A stretch of DNA of 64,000 nt, taken from assembly GCA_951406725.2 (NCBI GenBank), contig OX597819.1:32612001-32676000 (forward strand). The letters run 5' to 3'. The notes below the pieces were generated by a model. That model was not told where the DNA came from. It was given only the letters and a program-made list of their open reading frames with translations, and searched no databases. Source of the stretch: Octopus vulgaris. Lineage: Eukaryota. This document shows positions 1-12,752 of the stretch, piece after piece. Position numbers and translations under genes: made by a program. Within the stretch, counting starts at the first letter, position 1. Each line of letters starts with the position of its first letter.

Positions 1-194
1 ACATTCACATTTAAGTGGGGATAAATATTACCTCTCCATATTAATACTGCGTCTGTCACAAATATATATTTATTTTTTAACAAGCTAAGTGGATAATGGC
101 GATATAAAATAAGTAGCAGTTGCTACGATTAGAGTCTGACGCTACGCCGTAAGGCGGGAAACCCAGGATGACCCCATAATCTGGCCTCCTTCAT

Positions 195-232
<38 letters not shown>

Positions 233-238
<6 letters not shown>

Positions 239-477
239 CAAAATGGGACAAGAACGCAAAACATCCGGACAACTAGGTGATACAAAAAGCGACAACAAAA
301 CATCCAGATAGACGATACAAAAAAAAAAAAAACAAGGACGGGTAATTCGAAGCTTTCTATCCTCAGTCAAGAACCGGATCATCCTCGTAATTTCGGCTGA
401 TTAATCTTGAGATTGCTCCAATCTGGCCAGCCCCAAGGAAAAACTAAGCTAAGAGCATTAGATTCCTTGGAAGAAAG

Positions 478-479
<2 letters not shown>
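233..479. repeat. Dispersed repeat fragment abutting (AT)n; second copy at 59056-59262
   Basis: AATACAAAATGGGACAAGAAC...GATTGCTCCAATCTGG...CCCCAAGGAAAAACTAAGCTAAGAGCATTAG...GAAGAAAGCA occurs here and at 59056-59262; both copies start directly after a (TA)n tract. Confidence 0.8.
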
Positions 480-518
<39 letters not shown>

Positions 519-911
519 TGGCGAGGAGATGAATTGCTGCTGCCTCTAGCGGTCGAGTGTCCATAATTGATAAGACTAAGCAAGGTCGAAATCCCGTGTT
601 CTGGTCGTCTCGGTGCAGGAGGATGTGGGGATTTATCCAAAATGTCAATATGAGAGTTTCTTTCATGTTAACTATCACAGTATAGCTTGTTCTAACAGAA
701 CATCCATGTTTAAGTGGGGATAAATATTACCTGGGGCTAATAAATCTTTTATTTCCTCGTGAAAATCTTTAGAACATCAGACAAAATATCTGGTAGAATT
801 TTTCCAGCTCTTTACAAATGGATTTCGATTTCTGCCAATGTCAACTTTCTATTTCAAATATTCGAGATGAATAAAATTAAGTATTAGTTAAGTATTAGGA
901 TTTATGTGATC

Positions 912-1159
912 GACTACCACCACCAGCTCAAAATTACTGGACTACCACCGCCAGCTTAAAATTACTGACTACCAGCACCAGCTCAAAATTACTGGACTAC
1001 CACCGCCAGCTCAAAATTACTGACTACCAGCACCAGCTCAAAATTACTGGACTACCACCGCCAGCTCAAAATTACTGACTACCAGCACCAGCTCGAAATT
1101 ATTGGACTACCACCGCCAGCTCAAAATTACTGACTACCCGCACCAGCTCAAAATTATTG
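912..1159 (+). repeat. Minisatellite, 9 units alternating 28 and 27 bp (55-bp higher-order unit)
   Basis: Units GACTACCAGCACCAGCTCAAAATTACTG (28) and GACTACCACCGCCAGCTCAAAATTACT (27) start at 912, 940, 967, 995, 1022, 1050, 1077, 1105 and 1132. Confidence 0.95.
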
Positions 1160-1328
1160 CGTAGCGGTCACTTTTCCTTTAAATACCACCGAAGTCGACT
1201 TTACCTTTTATCCTTTCGAGGTCGATAAAATAATATACCTGTCAAGTTCTGATGTATTAAACTTCTCCCTCCTCTCAGAATTGTTGACTTCGTATTTAAA
1301 AATTTGAAACCATAATTATTGAGGCTAA

Positions 1329-1540
1329 GGCGATGAGCTGGCAGAATTGTTAACACACCGGGCAAAATAACACATTTTGCCCATCTTTACGCTCTGAGTT
1401 CAAATTACACCGAGGTCGACTTCGCCTTTCATCGTGTCAGAGTCGATAAAATAATACCCAGTTGAGCACAGGATCTATGTGATCGATTAACTTCTCCCCA
1501 CAAATTTTCAGGCCTTGTATCTATAGTAGAAAGGATTTCA
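1329..1540 (+). mobile_element. SINE family A (GGCGGCGAGCTGGCAGAA head), diverged
   Basis: Matches family motifs GAGCTGGCAGAA, CTGAGTTCAAATT and GAGGTCGACTT.GCCTTTCATC, seen in more than 10 copies in the window. Confidence 0.8.
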
Positions 1541-1544
1541 AAAT

Positions 1545-1731
1545 TTTGGCCCAAGACCAGCAATTTCAGGAACGGGATTAAATCGATTACACCTACCCCA
1601 GCGCTAAACTGGTACTTAGTATATCGACCCCGAAAGGTGGAAAAGCAAAATCAACCTCGGTGGAATCTGAACTCAAGAAGTAAAGACGGACAAAATTGCC
1701 CGGTGTGCTAACGATTCTGCCAGCTCGCTAC
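1545..1731 (-). mobile_element. SINE family A, diverged, reverse orientation
   Basis: Reverse-complement motifs TATCGACCCCGAAAGG, CAACCTCGGTGGAATCTGAACTCA and TTCTGCCAGCTCGC. Confidence 0.75.
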
Positions 1732-1902
1732 TTTATTATTACTATGACATTACTTTGTTACGCAGATGTCATTCATCTGTCAAATCATTGTCAGATCATT
1801 GACGTCGTATTGCCACGTCAATGATCTGTTCAGTACGACCATATCCAGTCGGTCATACTCAAGTCGGAAATTCGTAATCCCAGAATATCGTTGGTTTCCC
1901 GT

Positions 1903-1941
1903 ATCATCATCATCGTCGTCGTCGTCGTCGTCGTCATCATC

Positions 1942-1973
<32 letters not shown>

Positions 1974-1993
1974 CATCATCGTCGTCGTCGTCG

Positions 1994-2024
<31 letters not shown>
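1903..2024. repeat. (TCA)n/(TCG)n microsatellite
   Basis: Direct reading; explains the poly-Ser and poly-Met ORFs. Confidence 0.95.
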
Positions 2025-2025
<1 letters not shown>

Positions 2026-2903
2026 TTTCGCTGTAGTAGTGGGAAGATGTACTTTTGATACTGTCTCCGAGTATTACGAAATAATACTGTCTCAAGTATT
2101 ACGAAATGAAATTTTCCTTGGAAAAAGGATAAAGATAACTTTAGAATTATCCAAGGAAAATCTGCCTTTGGTAACTGGTTATACACAACAACAAAAAACA
2201 AAAAAGAGGTCTGTTTCACAGACTTTTAAACTTTTATTTGCACACATATTTTCACATCCAAAACCGCTACCACACACACTAGTGCTAGAAGACCATTCAC
2301 TGCAATAGCAGAACAAATCCAGAATAGTGAACTAAATGTACAACAGGAAGAAGAAACTAAACACTTTCATAAACAACTAATCGAAGAAACTTTCCCCAAA
2401 TACTCAAATAAGTTACCTTGAAGACAGTGATAGTATTAACAACAATAGGAGTAGCATCTCTTAGATGTCAAATATTGAAATTCTTTCATATAGCAGATTT
2501 GAGAAGGCTAAATTTTCTTCAATATAAGATGAACGAATGGAAGTTTTAGATCTTTCATATTTACAAAAAAAATAAAAGAAAGAAAATTTTCAAGATGGAA
2601 AAAAATTTAAAAGAGATGAAAGAATTTCGTAAACCCTAACAGCATTTCGTTGCCACAACATCTGATCAAAACTAGGGAAAACAGACAAGTTATATATCTC
2701 TGCTTACGAAAATATTGAAGCAGACAAAATCTTTCTTTCAGTCAAAAAGTACAAAAAACTTTCTAGAACATATCGGGAGAAGTTATCACAAGCTAAAAAG
2801 GCAAAAGTAATGGGAAGATATTTAAACTTGAAGTTGTAAGCGAAATATAGATTGAAATAGGTTAGACTTCCAGAACAAGGCTGAAAGAAATACTGAATTA
2901 TAA

Positions 2904-3729
<826 letters not shown>

Positions 3730-4629
3730 CATATATATATATGCATACATATATATAGATATATCTATATACATACATAGATATATATGTGGCTCGGCTT
3801 AAAGAATGCATCCCGAAATTCTTTCCTGCGATATTCTCATCACTTGGCTGTTGTACCAGAGCTGCTGTGACCTCTCTATGTAGAGAAGGATTAGTTCCTG
3901 CTTGGTACTAATAAGACTACTAAAAACTACAATATGAAATGGGCTTGAAAGAATAATCATACCGCACCGTCCATTATATGAGTTAATAAGTATTTTAGGT
4001 AGAGTGATCTATTCGAAAATTATATTGCAGTTCTTACCCAATGCTGGTACAACTAGTTATAAGTCTTCAGCTTGTTCTGGAAGACGTGGGTTGGGAGTAC
4101 GAAGTATACGTATTTTACAAGTAACCCATTCTCTACGCTAAGATTCCTTAAGTTGATTGAAAGAAACTTTACTACTTTTATGCTTTCTTCCTTTGAGAGT
4201 AAATGTCCTTCGTTCCCAATGCATTTCATACAGTCAAGCCGGTGACCAAAATCACAACCCTAAATGTTCGAATTGGTTCACATGCAGCTGCAGAAGAACG
4301 GTCTCTAACTCTTGGAGCGGAGCACAGCCTCCTCGTTTTGAATAGGTACACCATATGGTTTAACAAAGTAGCCTTTACTATCATTGTGATTCCATTTTAG
4401 AATGCATTGAGGAAGCAGCCTCTAATTAAATTTTTGTCAATTTTTGTGTTAGCTTGTTTCGGTTATGTCTCTCATACACTCCTTTCTAAGTATAATTAAC
4501 TTGCTTTCTGTTACTTCTAGAAACACTCCTTCTTATGTAGCATGTACTAGCCTTCCTTCATACCTAACTTTCTGCATCCAGCTATCATCTACATGCAACC
4601 TTGTCACATCATATTAAAACTGCACCTCT

Positions 4630-4835
4630 TTCAGTGACAGAGATCTCGAAAATATCTTTCAATTAAGGAAATGACGAGCTAGATTCAACAGCACAAATAC
4701 ATAATTGCTGTTCATATCAAGGAAGTAATCTTGCGTGTTATATCGTCTATAACCATGGACAATGCGCAGTTTAAAACCTCAAAGTTGCTACCAATGGCTT
4801 CACAAGCATTAATACTCGTACACTCCACTGGTGAC

Positions 4836-4866
<31 letters not shown>

Positions 4867-5070
4867 ACAAACACACAAAACAGCGTCCCAAACAACTAGC
4901 CTTCCGCTTTCATCTGAAAAAATACTTTAGTTCTGATGAATTTCTGACTCTCTACAAAGCTATGGGCTTCTCCTCTCATATACGAAACCTTGTGATTACT
5001 AGAAATAATTCAAAAGAAGGACATCTGATTGTTGGACAACGGTCATCAACCTCTGACCTACGGACGTAGT
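4630..5070 (+). pseudogene. CR1/Jockey-type LINE reverse transcriptase 3' remnant
   Basis: Translations DLENIFQ..., (R)FNSTN and LAFRFHLKKYFSSDEFLTLYKAM resemble late RT motifs (DL..I..W...FN..KT; L..L.R.K.YF....L..LYK). Frameshifted and interrupted by (CA)n. Confidence 0.55.
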
Positions 5071-5229
5071 TTTCCTTCTATATCTATTACAATGGCCTCT
5101 TGTGTTCTGTAATAACTAGTTGCGTCCTATGTACACTGAAAGCTGTAGGCGGGATGCAACCATTTTGGTAAATAACTTTATAACTTGTATACAAGTAAAT
5201 AACTTGTATTCGATATTTAGTGTATTTAA

Positions 5230-5425
5230 GGCGGTGAGCTGGCAGAATCGTTAGCACGCCAAGCAAAATGTCTTTACATTCTAAGATCAAATTCCGCCAA
5301 TTTGAATTTGCATTCCATCATTTCGGGATCAATAAAATAAGTTTCAGTTGGACACTGGAATCGATATAATCGACTTATCCCCTACCCCAGAACTGCTGGC
5401 CTTGTGCTAAAATTTGAAATCAATA
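5230..5425 (+). mobile_element. SINE family A, diverged
   Basis: GGCGGTGAGCTGGCAGAATCGTTAGCACGCC head and family body. Confidence 0.8.
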
Positions 5426-5445
5426 TTTAATGTATTTGCTTCACT

Positions 5446-5665
5446 CTTTACTCTTTACTTGTTTCAGTCATTTGACTGCGGCCATGCTGGAGTACCGCCT
5501 TTAGTCGAGCAAATCGACCCCGGGACTTATTCTTTGTAAGCCCAGTACTTATTCTATCGGTCTCTTTTGCCGAACCGCTAAGTGACGGGGACGTAAACAC
5601 ACCAGCATCGGTTGTCAAGCAATGCTAGGGGGACAAACACAGACACACAAACATATACACATACA

Positions 5666-5710
<45 letters not shown>

Positions 5711-6267
5711 GACATGCTTCTTTCAGTTTCCGTCTACCAAATCCACTCACAAGGCATTGGTCGGCCCGGGGCTATAGCAGAAGACACTTACCCAAGATGC
5801 CACGCAGTGGGACTGAACCCGGAACCATGTGGTTGGTTAGGAAGCTACTTACCACACAGAGGCGCAATGGCCCAGTGGTTAGGGCAGCGGACTCGCGGTC
5901 GTAGGATCGCGGTTTCGATTCCCAGACCGGGCGTTGTGAGTGTTTATTGAGCGAAAACACCTAAAGCTCCACGAGGCTCCGGCAGGGATGGTGGCGATCC
6001 CTGCTGTACTCTTTCACCACAACTTTCTCTCACTCTTACTTCCTGTTTCTGTTGTACCTGTATTTCAAAGGGCCGGCCTTGTCACTCTCTGTGTCACGCT
6101 GAATATCCCCGAGAACTACGTTAAGGGTACACGTGTCTGTGGAGTGCTCAGCCACTTACACGTTAATTTCACGAGCAGGCTGTTCCGTTGATTCGGATCA
6201 ACCGGAACCCTCGTCGTCGTAACCGACGGAGTGCTTCCACCATTTACCACACAGCCACTCCTGCGCC
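5446..6267 (-). mobile_element. tRNA-derived SINE family B with internal microsatellite, interrupted by a family C SINE
   Basis: Minus-strand head GGCGCAGGAGTGGCTGTGTGGTAAG with B-box-like GGTTCAGTCCC and internal (TA)n(CA)n. The 5446-5760 part is nearly identical to 32645-32946. Confidence 0.9.
5861..6243 (+). mobile_element. tRNA-derived SINE family C, full length, 11-bp TSD
   Basis: Head GGCGCAATGGCCCAGTGGTTAGGGCAGCGGACTCGCGG...GGTTTCGATTCCC; TTACCACACAG duplicated at 5849-5859 and 6244-6254. Confidence 0.92.
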
Positions 6268-6963
6268 GGTTAGCTTCCAATACAATTATCTATTAAATCA
6301 AGTATGAACATAGCCATATTATGCATTTAGTTGGCTATCAACTCCTCATCGTCTATTTAGCTTACTCTTCTCTATATTTTTTAAAAGATGGCGTGTTCTT
6401 TTTTCCGGGGAGGATTCGAGCGTTGACTACCAAGCTCCGCTCTAAACGTTTTACTTCTAAGATTGTCGTTATTACAAAAAAGTTATACAAAATTTCTAAT
6501 GTCAGCTATTTCAAATACAATAGTCTACATACATTATTAACTTTGCCTTACAGTAATATTAGAACAAATATTTATGTTAAAAGATGCAACTACATTTTCT
6601 CATTTTCATTGAGGAAATTGAAATTAAATAAATAAAAATATAATGAAAAAATAATTCAATGAATTATTTTCCTCCAAATTAGTTTACAAATCTAAGCAAT
6701 GTTTCTGTTCCGTTTTCATTTCTGCATATTTAGTCTGTATTCAACACAGACTTTACAGTTATAGTTATTTATAGGCATGGAAAGGTGTGACGCTGTCAAG
6801 TTTCTTAAAAGGCATCAGCTATGTAAATCGCAAATGACATGAAATGACTTCTAACGTGATCAGAGAATATGATTCGGGTTTCGATCCAGTGAAACTGCAT
6901 GTCAACCAAGAAGCTTCTACGCAGTAGAATGATTTTCAGCCTTAGAGCACACAAAAATGTCTT

Positions 6964-7191
6964 GAAAAGGCAAAAAAATATATTGGATTTGCGGTCCAGC
7001 CTCTGGCAGTGGAGGCCTCGGGCATTCATAGCTCCTGGACTACATTCCTTCTCAGTGCTACCGGGACAGGGATGGCTAACCGCAAGAGCGAGCCCGGTGA
7101 GTCGGAGTGGCTGCTCCATCGCGTCTTTCTCGCCATTCTCCGGGGCAATGCCTTTTCCATTTTTTTCTGTCGGGATCATGAGGCAAACTGA
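6964..7191 (+). pseudogene. C-terminal restriction-like endonuclease remnant of a CRE-like non-LTR retrotransposon
   Basis: One frame reads EKAKKYIGFAVQPLAVEASGIHSSWTTFLLS...ESEWLLHRVFLAILRGNAFSI, matching the RLE tail pattern E..K..KY....F.P.A.E..G...FL...WL.QR.S.A..RGNA..I. Confidence 0.65.
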
Positions 7192-8176
7192 CAAGACTTA
7201 TGTCTCTTAGATATGATGTTTATTAATTCAGTATTCCACCCTTTCAATTACAACACTTATAAAACATTTTTGCTGATATACGTGTTGGCATAGATTTTCG
7301 CTCGTTATTTGTAGCATTATCACCCAATTCAATAAATTAATCAATTTATAAATAAATATTCTCAGGGAGACCATCTGTATGAAAAATAAGTAGAGAAGCG
7401 CAGGCTGACATATTTAATGCAGTGAGCCGCAAATGATTTTTAATCAGTTGAAATTATAACCGTAACGAGAAAGACAGTCATTAGTACTAATGGCATCGAG
7501 CACATTAAAAGGAGAGATGGTCATCGCTAGCTTATCTTCGAAGAACGATCTGCTGACCTGGGATTAAACAACATCAATCATAGCTTAGTCTTTACTCTTC
7601 AGCGCAAAGTGCTTTGTCTGACTCTGTTACGTTTCTGCCACTGCGCTACCTTGGACGGTGTATTTCATTATCGTTTGGAGGATGGCGTTTAGATTTGACC
7701 ACGGTGAGAAGTGAAAAGAGTGTTCGAAGAGCCTGAAGAAATACAAGGAAAAAAGAAGTATATAGGCAAACAATGACCCTGAAATATTTTACAAATTTTC
7801 AGTCCACGAATAATATTTGTTAATCCTAATTTGTCTTTTGTCTTGAACAAACGATAAGTTGTCACAGGTCTTGCTGCGAAGAATTAAACATGAATTTGAG
7901 CAACAAAAATATATGGTAAGCGACAGACGAAATGGAGATACTGCATTGGAGAGGTTTTATCGTTTTATTAGTAAAACTAGAAATAAAAATCTGTTTTTGT
8001 TACAATTTACTGTAGTGTAATTAGGATATCGTACAATCAATTATCAAATATCTACGTATTAAAACTTCCATTTTCACAAATAGCTTCAAGCAATTACATT
8101 ATACCTACCCACCTACATACATACATTACTTATATATATATATATATATATATGCTTATGTACTATTGATATATAC

Positions 8177-8215
<39 letters not shown>

Positions 8216-8479
8216 TACATACGCCCACGCACATCTTCTATTAGTTAATTATTTTCACAAATACTTGTTAGGAATGGGGTTGTAAGACCATTATCAAAAC
8301 CATTATCATCAGCATTATCAACAGCAACAAAATTTTCAATGTAATGCTATTTCATCAGCCGATGCATTGTATAATTAATATACATCGCCTACTGAAGTAA
8401 ATGATTTTCTCCCCTTATTTTGAATATCTTTAAAAAGTTATTACATTCGGAACAAGAGACGTATTTATTTACTACTGGT

Positions 8480-8820
8480 TTCAAATTTTGGTACAAGGCT
8501 AGCAGTTTTGGTACAAGGCCATAGTCGATTACATCGAACCAGTATTTAGCTGGTATATATATAATCGACGACGTCAGGATGAAACGCCAAGTCGAACCTC
8601 GGTGGAATTTTAACTCAGTACGTAGAGACAGGTGAAATGCCGGTAACCGTTTTGCCCGGCGTGCTAACGACTCTGCAAGTTCGCTGCCTTATTTATTTAT
8701 TTTGGGACAAGGCCAACAATCCCGAGGAAAGGGTCAGTCGATCACATCGACCCTAGTGCTCAACTGATACTTATTTTATCCACCCCCAAAGGATGAAAGA
8801 TAAAGTCGACCCCGGCAGAC
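8480..8820 (-). mobile_element. Two SINE family A fragments, reverse orientation
   Basis: GTCGAACCTCGGTGGAATTTTAACTCAG, CCCGGCGTGCTAACG and GGATGAAAGATAAAGTCGACC motifs. Confidence 0.7.
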
Positions 8821-8847
8821 TGATTTATTTAATATTACGAAATAGAA

Positions 8848-9065
8848 GGCGGCGAGCTGGCAGAAACGTTAGCACGGCAGGCGAAATGCTTAGCGGTATT
8901 TCTTCTGCCGCTACGTTCTGAGTTCAAATTCCGCCGAGGTCGACTTTGCCTTTCATCCTTTCGGGGTCGATAAATTAAGTACTAGTTGCGTACTGGGGTC
9001 GATCTCATCGACTGACCCTCTCCCCCAAAATTCCGGGCCTTGTGCTTAGAGTAGAAAAGAATATT
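8848..9065 (+). mobile_element. SINE family A, near full length
   Basis: GGCGGCGAGCTGGCAGAAACGTTAGCACG...TTCTGAGTTCAAATTCCGCCGAGGTCGACTTTGCCTTTCATCCTTTCGGGGTCGATAAATTAAGTAC. Confidence 0.9.
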
Positions 9066-9077
9066 TCGAAATGGATA

Positions 9078-9285
9078 AGACGATGAGCGAGCAGAATCGT
9101 TTGCATGCTAACCAAAATGTCTTGCTGCAAGTTTTGTGTTCTGAGTTCAAATCCCACTCGAGTCGATTTTACCTTTCATCCTTTCAGAGTCGATAAAATA
9201 AGGAACAGTTGAGCATGGAAGTCGATGTAACCGACTGGCCCCCTCTCCCGAAATTACTGGCCTTGTACAAAAATATGAAAGCAAT
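9078..9285 (+). mobile_element. SINE family A, diverged tandem copy
   Basis: Same motifs in diverged form directly after the previous copy. Confidence 0.75.
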
Positions 9286-11648
9286 ATTACGAAATGGAAA
9301 TCCTTACGATCTTCGTGGGTCTTTAACACAAAGATCACTATTAAAACATATACATTGAAACAGCCACACATAAATGCAATGTGGGTGGGGTGATCTTTGA
9401 TTATAACTTTCCACTTTTTCTGAAACTGTTGTTAGTAGCTGTTGATTTGGCGGCTGCAAGAAGCCTGCTTGTCATTATCAATATTCTAAATCTTTTGTTG
9501 TATCTCGGGAGGATTATTATGCCTATAATAAATACATCCTCTGGTTATAATTTATTTCTTTTGTTATTATTAGTTACTTAATTAACCAATTAACTAATAA
9601 ATTATTTGATTAATCTTTCGGTTACTGAATCAATCAGCAAGGTTTCTCAAAGTCCTCTCGTCGCCATTTGAGACCTCATGAATGATATACCCTCTTTACC
9701 CCATGTTTGTAGATCTTGAGCAGAGAGGGTGCGTTGTTATTGCTGAAATCCATTTTTGAGCTTTTGTTGTTTTTGTTTTATTGTCACTGTTTAACTCTGA
9801 CCGAACTCAGACTACTTGAAATCACGAGCAAATATCCATAGATCACACCTTCCTATCTTAAACAAAAGCACAACAATGAACAACAACAAAGTTCTAAACG
9901 ACCTGACACAATCACACCTTAACTCTCTTTAAGAATACGACAGAAATATAAAAAAAAAGGCAATAACAACAAAACAATAGTTCTTAGTTGTCGACTCCCA
10001 CCTCCCCAAAATTTCATATGATAAACAAGGCGGTCTAAATCAGCTTTTGAAAATGTATGCATTCTGGTTTGCGGCTTCATATCACTTCATTCCTTCTGTT
10101 GATGAAGCAAACATTGTTTATATACTGTAGTATATCAACTCCTTGAAAGCATTTATTAGCTATTTTTTAATTTTATTTATTTATTTTAAAAAGGGACTAA
10201 ATTGACTGTTCATTATTTTAAAAAGTGACTAAAGTGACTGTTCCTGTTTTGAGACATTGCTAGACCATCATCACTGTAAAGCCCTTTTCTAAATTCCACC
10301 AGTTTGCAATCTCTGCCACATCTAGCATCCCATGCTTATTTTGGAAAACATTTTGCTTTCTTTCTTTATCCATGGCGAGTATTCGTAGAATACAAAGGCA
10401 AGATCTTTTCAATTACATTATTAAATTTATCTGTTGGTCGCTTATCGTTGTTAATCTATTATAAACGTCTAGTCTATTATTTTTAGGTATTTCTGATCGG
10501 CTGGTTAATTCTATAATGCCGAAATGGTAGGAATTTGTATGCCGTCCGACCAATCGATGATAGTTATGCTTCAGTTCTGTTCTATATTCTTGTCACTTGT
10601 CTAATTTTTGTGTTGATATATTCTAGGATCTTTGATCAATACATGTAAATCAACCTACATATATAAAGAGAAATAGGAAACTAGGTTTGTGGTTATTCTG
10701 TCACCTTGCTACTTATCCTGTTCTGAGTTTCTACAAATTTGTTGGTTATTCTTGTGATTTTCTGGGGTTGCGTTGTATACGTTAGGGTTTGTTTTGTTAT
10801 ATTTTTACAATGCTTTTCAGGAGAATGTTAGGGTGAGACTTCGTCTGTAACGTACAGATATTTTGTTTTCTTCTGCGTCTGAATGAAATTTGTCCTTGGA
10901 ATCCTCTTCTAGATTTAAAAAAAATTGCCCACTGTGTCAAGTCTAAGTTGCATTCGAATTTCTGTAAGTTTTTAGTTACGGCGCACATTGCTGGTTCTAA
11001 ACGAGAAACCAAATGTTAATCATTTGGGCATGACGTCGTTGTCTTTTTCATGATGGCAAATTTTTCCAATACTTGCGTTTTGATCAACTTCTTGGATCAG
11101 CTATTTCATGGATTGCTTTCTTCTTAATATAATGATATTTTTGTTTAAATTTCGAATACATTCTATTGTATATTCACATAAACGATTTAAAGCAAACAGG
11201 ATATGTTTACAAATCATAGAGTAGGTCCAGAGCAACAACTAGATTTGCGAATGTAAAATTGGTAATGCCACAATGATAAAAAAAAAATCGTAAATTAAAA
11301 TATATGAAAACCCTGATATAATAAGGAAATCGATAAATGAAAACAGAACAGACGAAACGATAACAACGATGTCTGTCTTCACTTTAATATAGCAACATTT
11401 CAAACTGGCCAATGTAAAAAAAAAAAAAAACGTACTACACGTATACAAAATAACGAGACCTCTTGAAATACGGGGAATGATAAAGTTCATTTGATGACCG
11501 CTATCACAAGAAAACTCAAATTGGAATAAACGCACAAACGCTAGCGTATGTATAATTGTATGCATATGCTTATACACACACACAAATACACACACATGTA
11601 CATACTGACATTAAACGCATACACTACACATGTACATAGATACACACC

Positions 11649-11725
<77 letters not shown>

Positions 11726-11854
11726 CTGTCTGTGTCTGTGTCTGTGTGTGTGACTGAAACCGGTACTAAAATGTTTTTATGATAAAATTATTTTAGCATA
11801 TTCTACCTTGACTTTTTTCTTATACATATCAACTCGTGAGTTCCTTTTCAACCT

Positions 11855-11905
<51 letters not shown>

Positions 11906-12371
11906 ACACACATTTATATACGCTCACACACGTAACGTGGTTTTGAAGCAAACTTCTTAAACATGACGGTTAATCAGTCATTTCTCTTTAAAATCATTCA
12001 TGAACATTTAGGAAAATAACGTTTGATTCTATCCCTCCACCTCTCCCCTATGTCTGTCGCCTTCTCTCTCTCTCTCTCGCTGTCTTGCCTCACTTTACTC
12101 TCCTTTACGACTGTCCTTATTATCCTCCCATTTTCATTCTTCTACCCGTACGTTTCTCCTTCCTTCACTCTCCCTCCTCCTCCCCTCTCTCTCTCTCTAT
12201 CTCCGGGTCTGTTCATCTGTCCTCCTTCCCTCTCACTTTCTTCATCATATCTTCTCTTTGCGTCCACCGCTCTCTATCACATGTTCTAATACTAATAAAC
12301 TTGCAAAGCTATATAACTAAATTCCCGACTAATTTCTTCAGCGAATGTCTGTTTTAATACATTTTACTCAC

Positions 12372-12515
12372 TTTACTCCAATACTGTACAACAGAAGCAC
12401 GACCATAATACCACAATAATACGTCTATTGCTCCAAAGATAGCCATAAATAATACGGAAAGCTGAGTCAACATCGTCAAATTAACAATTTTGACGACGCT
12501 TCTTCTACCAGGACA
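12372..12515 (-). CDS. Candidate isolated coding exon with a hydrophobic segment (unverified)
   Basis: Open frame CPGRRSVVKIVNLTMLTQLSVLFMAIFGAIDVLLWYYGRASVVQYWSK between a CATAG acceptor and an AAA|GTGAGT donor. No partner exons or homology recognised. Confidence 0.2.
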
Positions 12516-12675
12516 CTATGAGTTGTTAGAAGATATGAACAAATCAACATAAAATTGGTGAGCAAACTAACTCTCCAGTCGTGTGTGTTCAGCCAAACAT
12601 AGCGAAAAGAAAAATTACCCAAGCTGCACTAATTTGAATAGAGGTATATTACGTATACACGTGTTCATGTACATG

Positions 12676-12752
<77 letters not shown>

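Noticed and set aside
124-175. CTGACGC-TA-CGCC GTAA GGCG-GGAAAC hammerhead-like hairpin
   Set aside because: A9 is replaced by C, and no U16.1-H17 or stem I can be formed.
330-375. Minus-strand CTGAGGA...CGAA motif in the 233-479/59056 repeat
   Set aside because: The GAAA is GAAT or GAAC, the stem II register is off and no stem I forms; not a credible HHR.
567-600. TTGATAA-GACT-AAGCAA-GGTC-GAAA, another U3-A8-like core
   Set aside because: Core and stem II fit, but stems III and I do not form; at most a relic.
912-1159. CRISPR-like appearance of regularly spaced repeats (also 25170-25605)
   Set aside because: There are no unique spacers or cas genes, and the context is eukaryotic; these are tandem repeats.
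2040-2900. Purine-rich coding-like stretch including the end of ORF 1766-2308
   Set aside because: Multiple stops and no motif I recognise; possibly a decayed TE ORF.
5861-5935. tRNA-like sequences at SINE heads called as tRNA genes
   Set aside because: They run into SINE bodies and lack a complete acceptor stem.
10460-11170. Minus-strand coding-like remnant (possible PLE or LINE N-terminal region)
   Set aside because: Too degraded to assign without a search.
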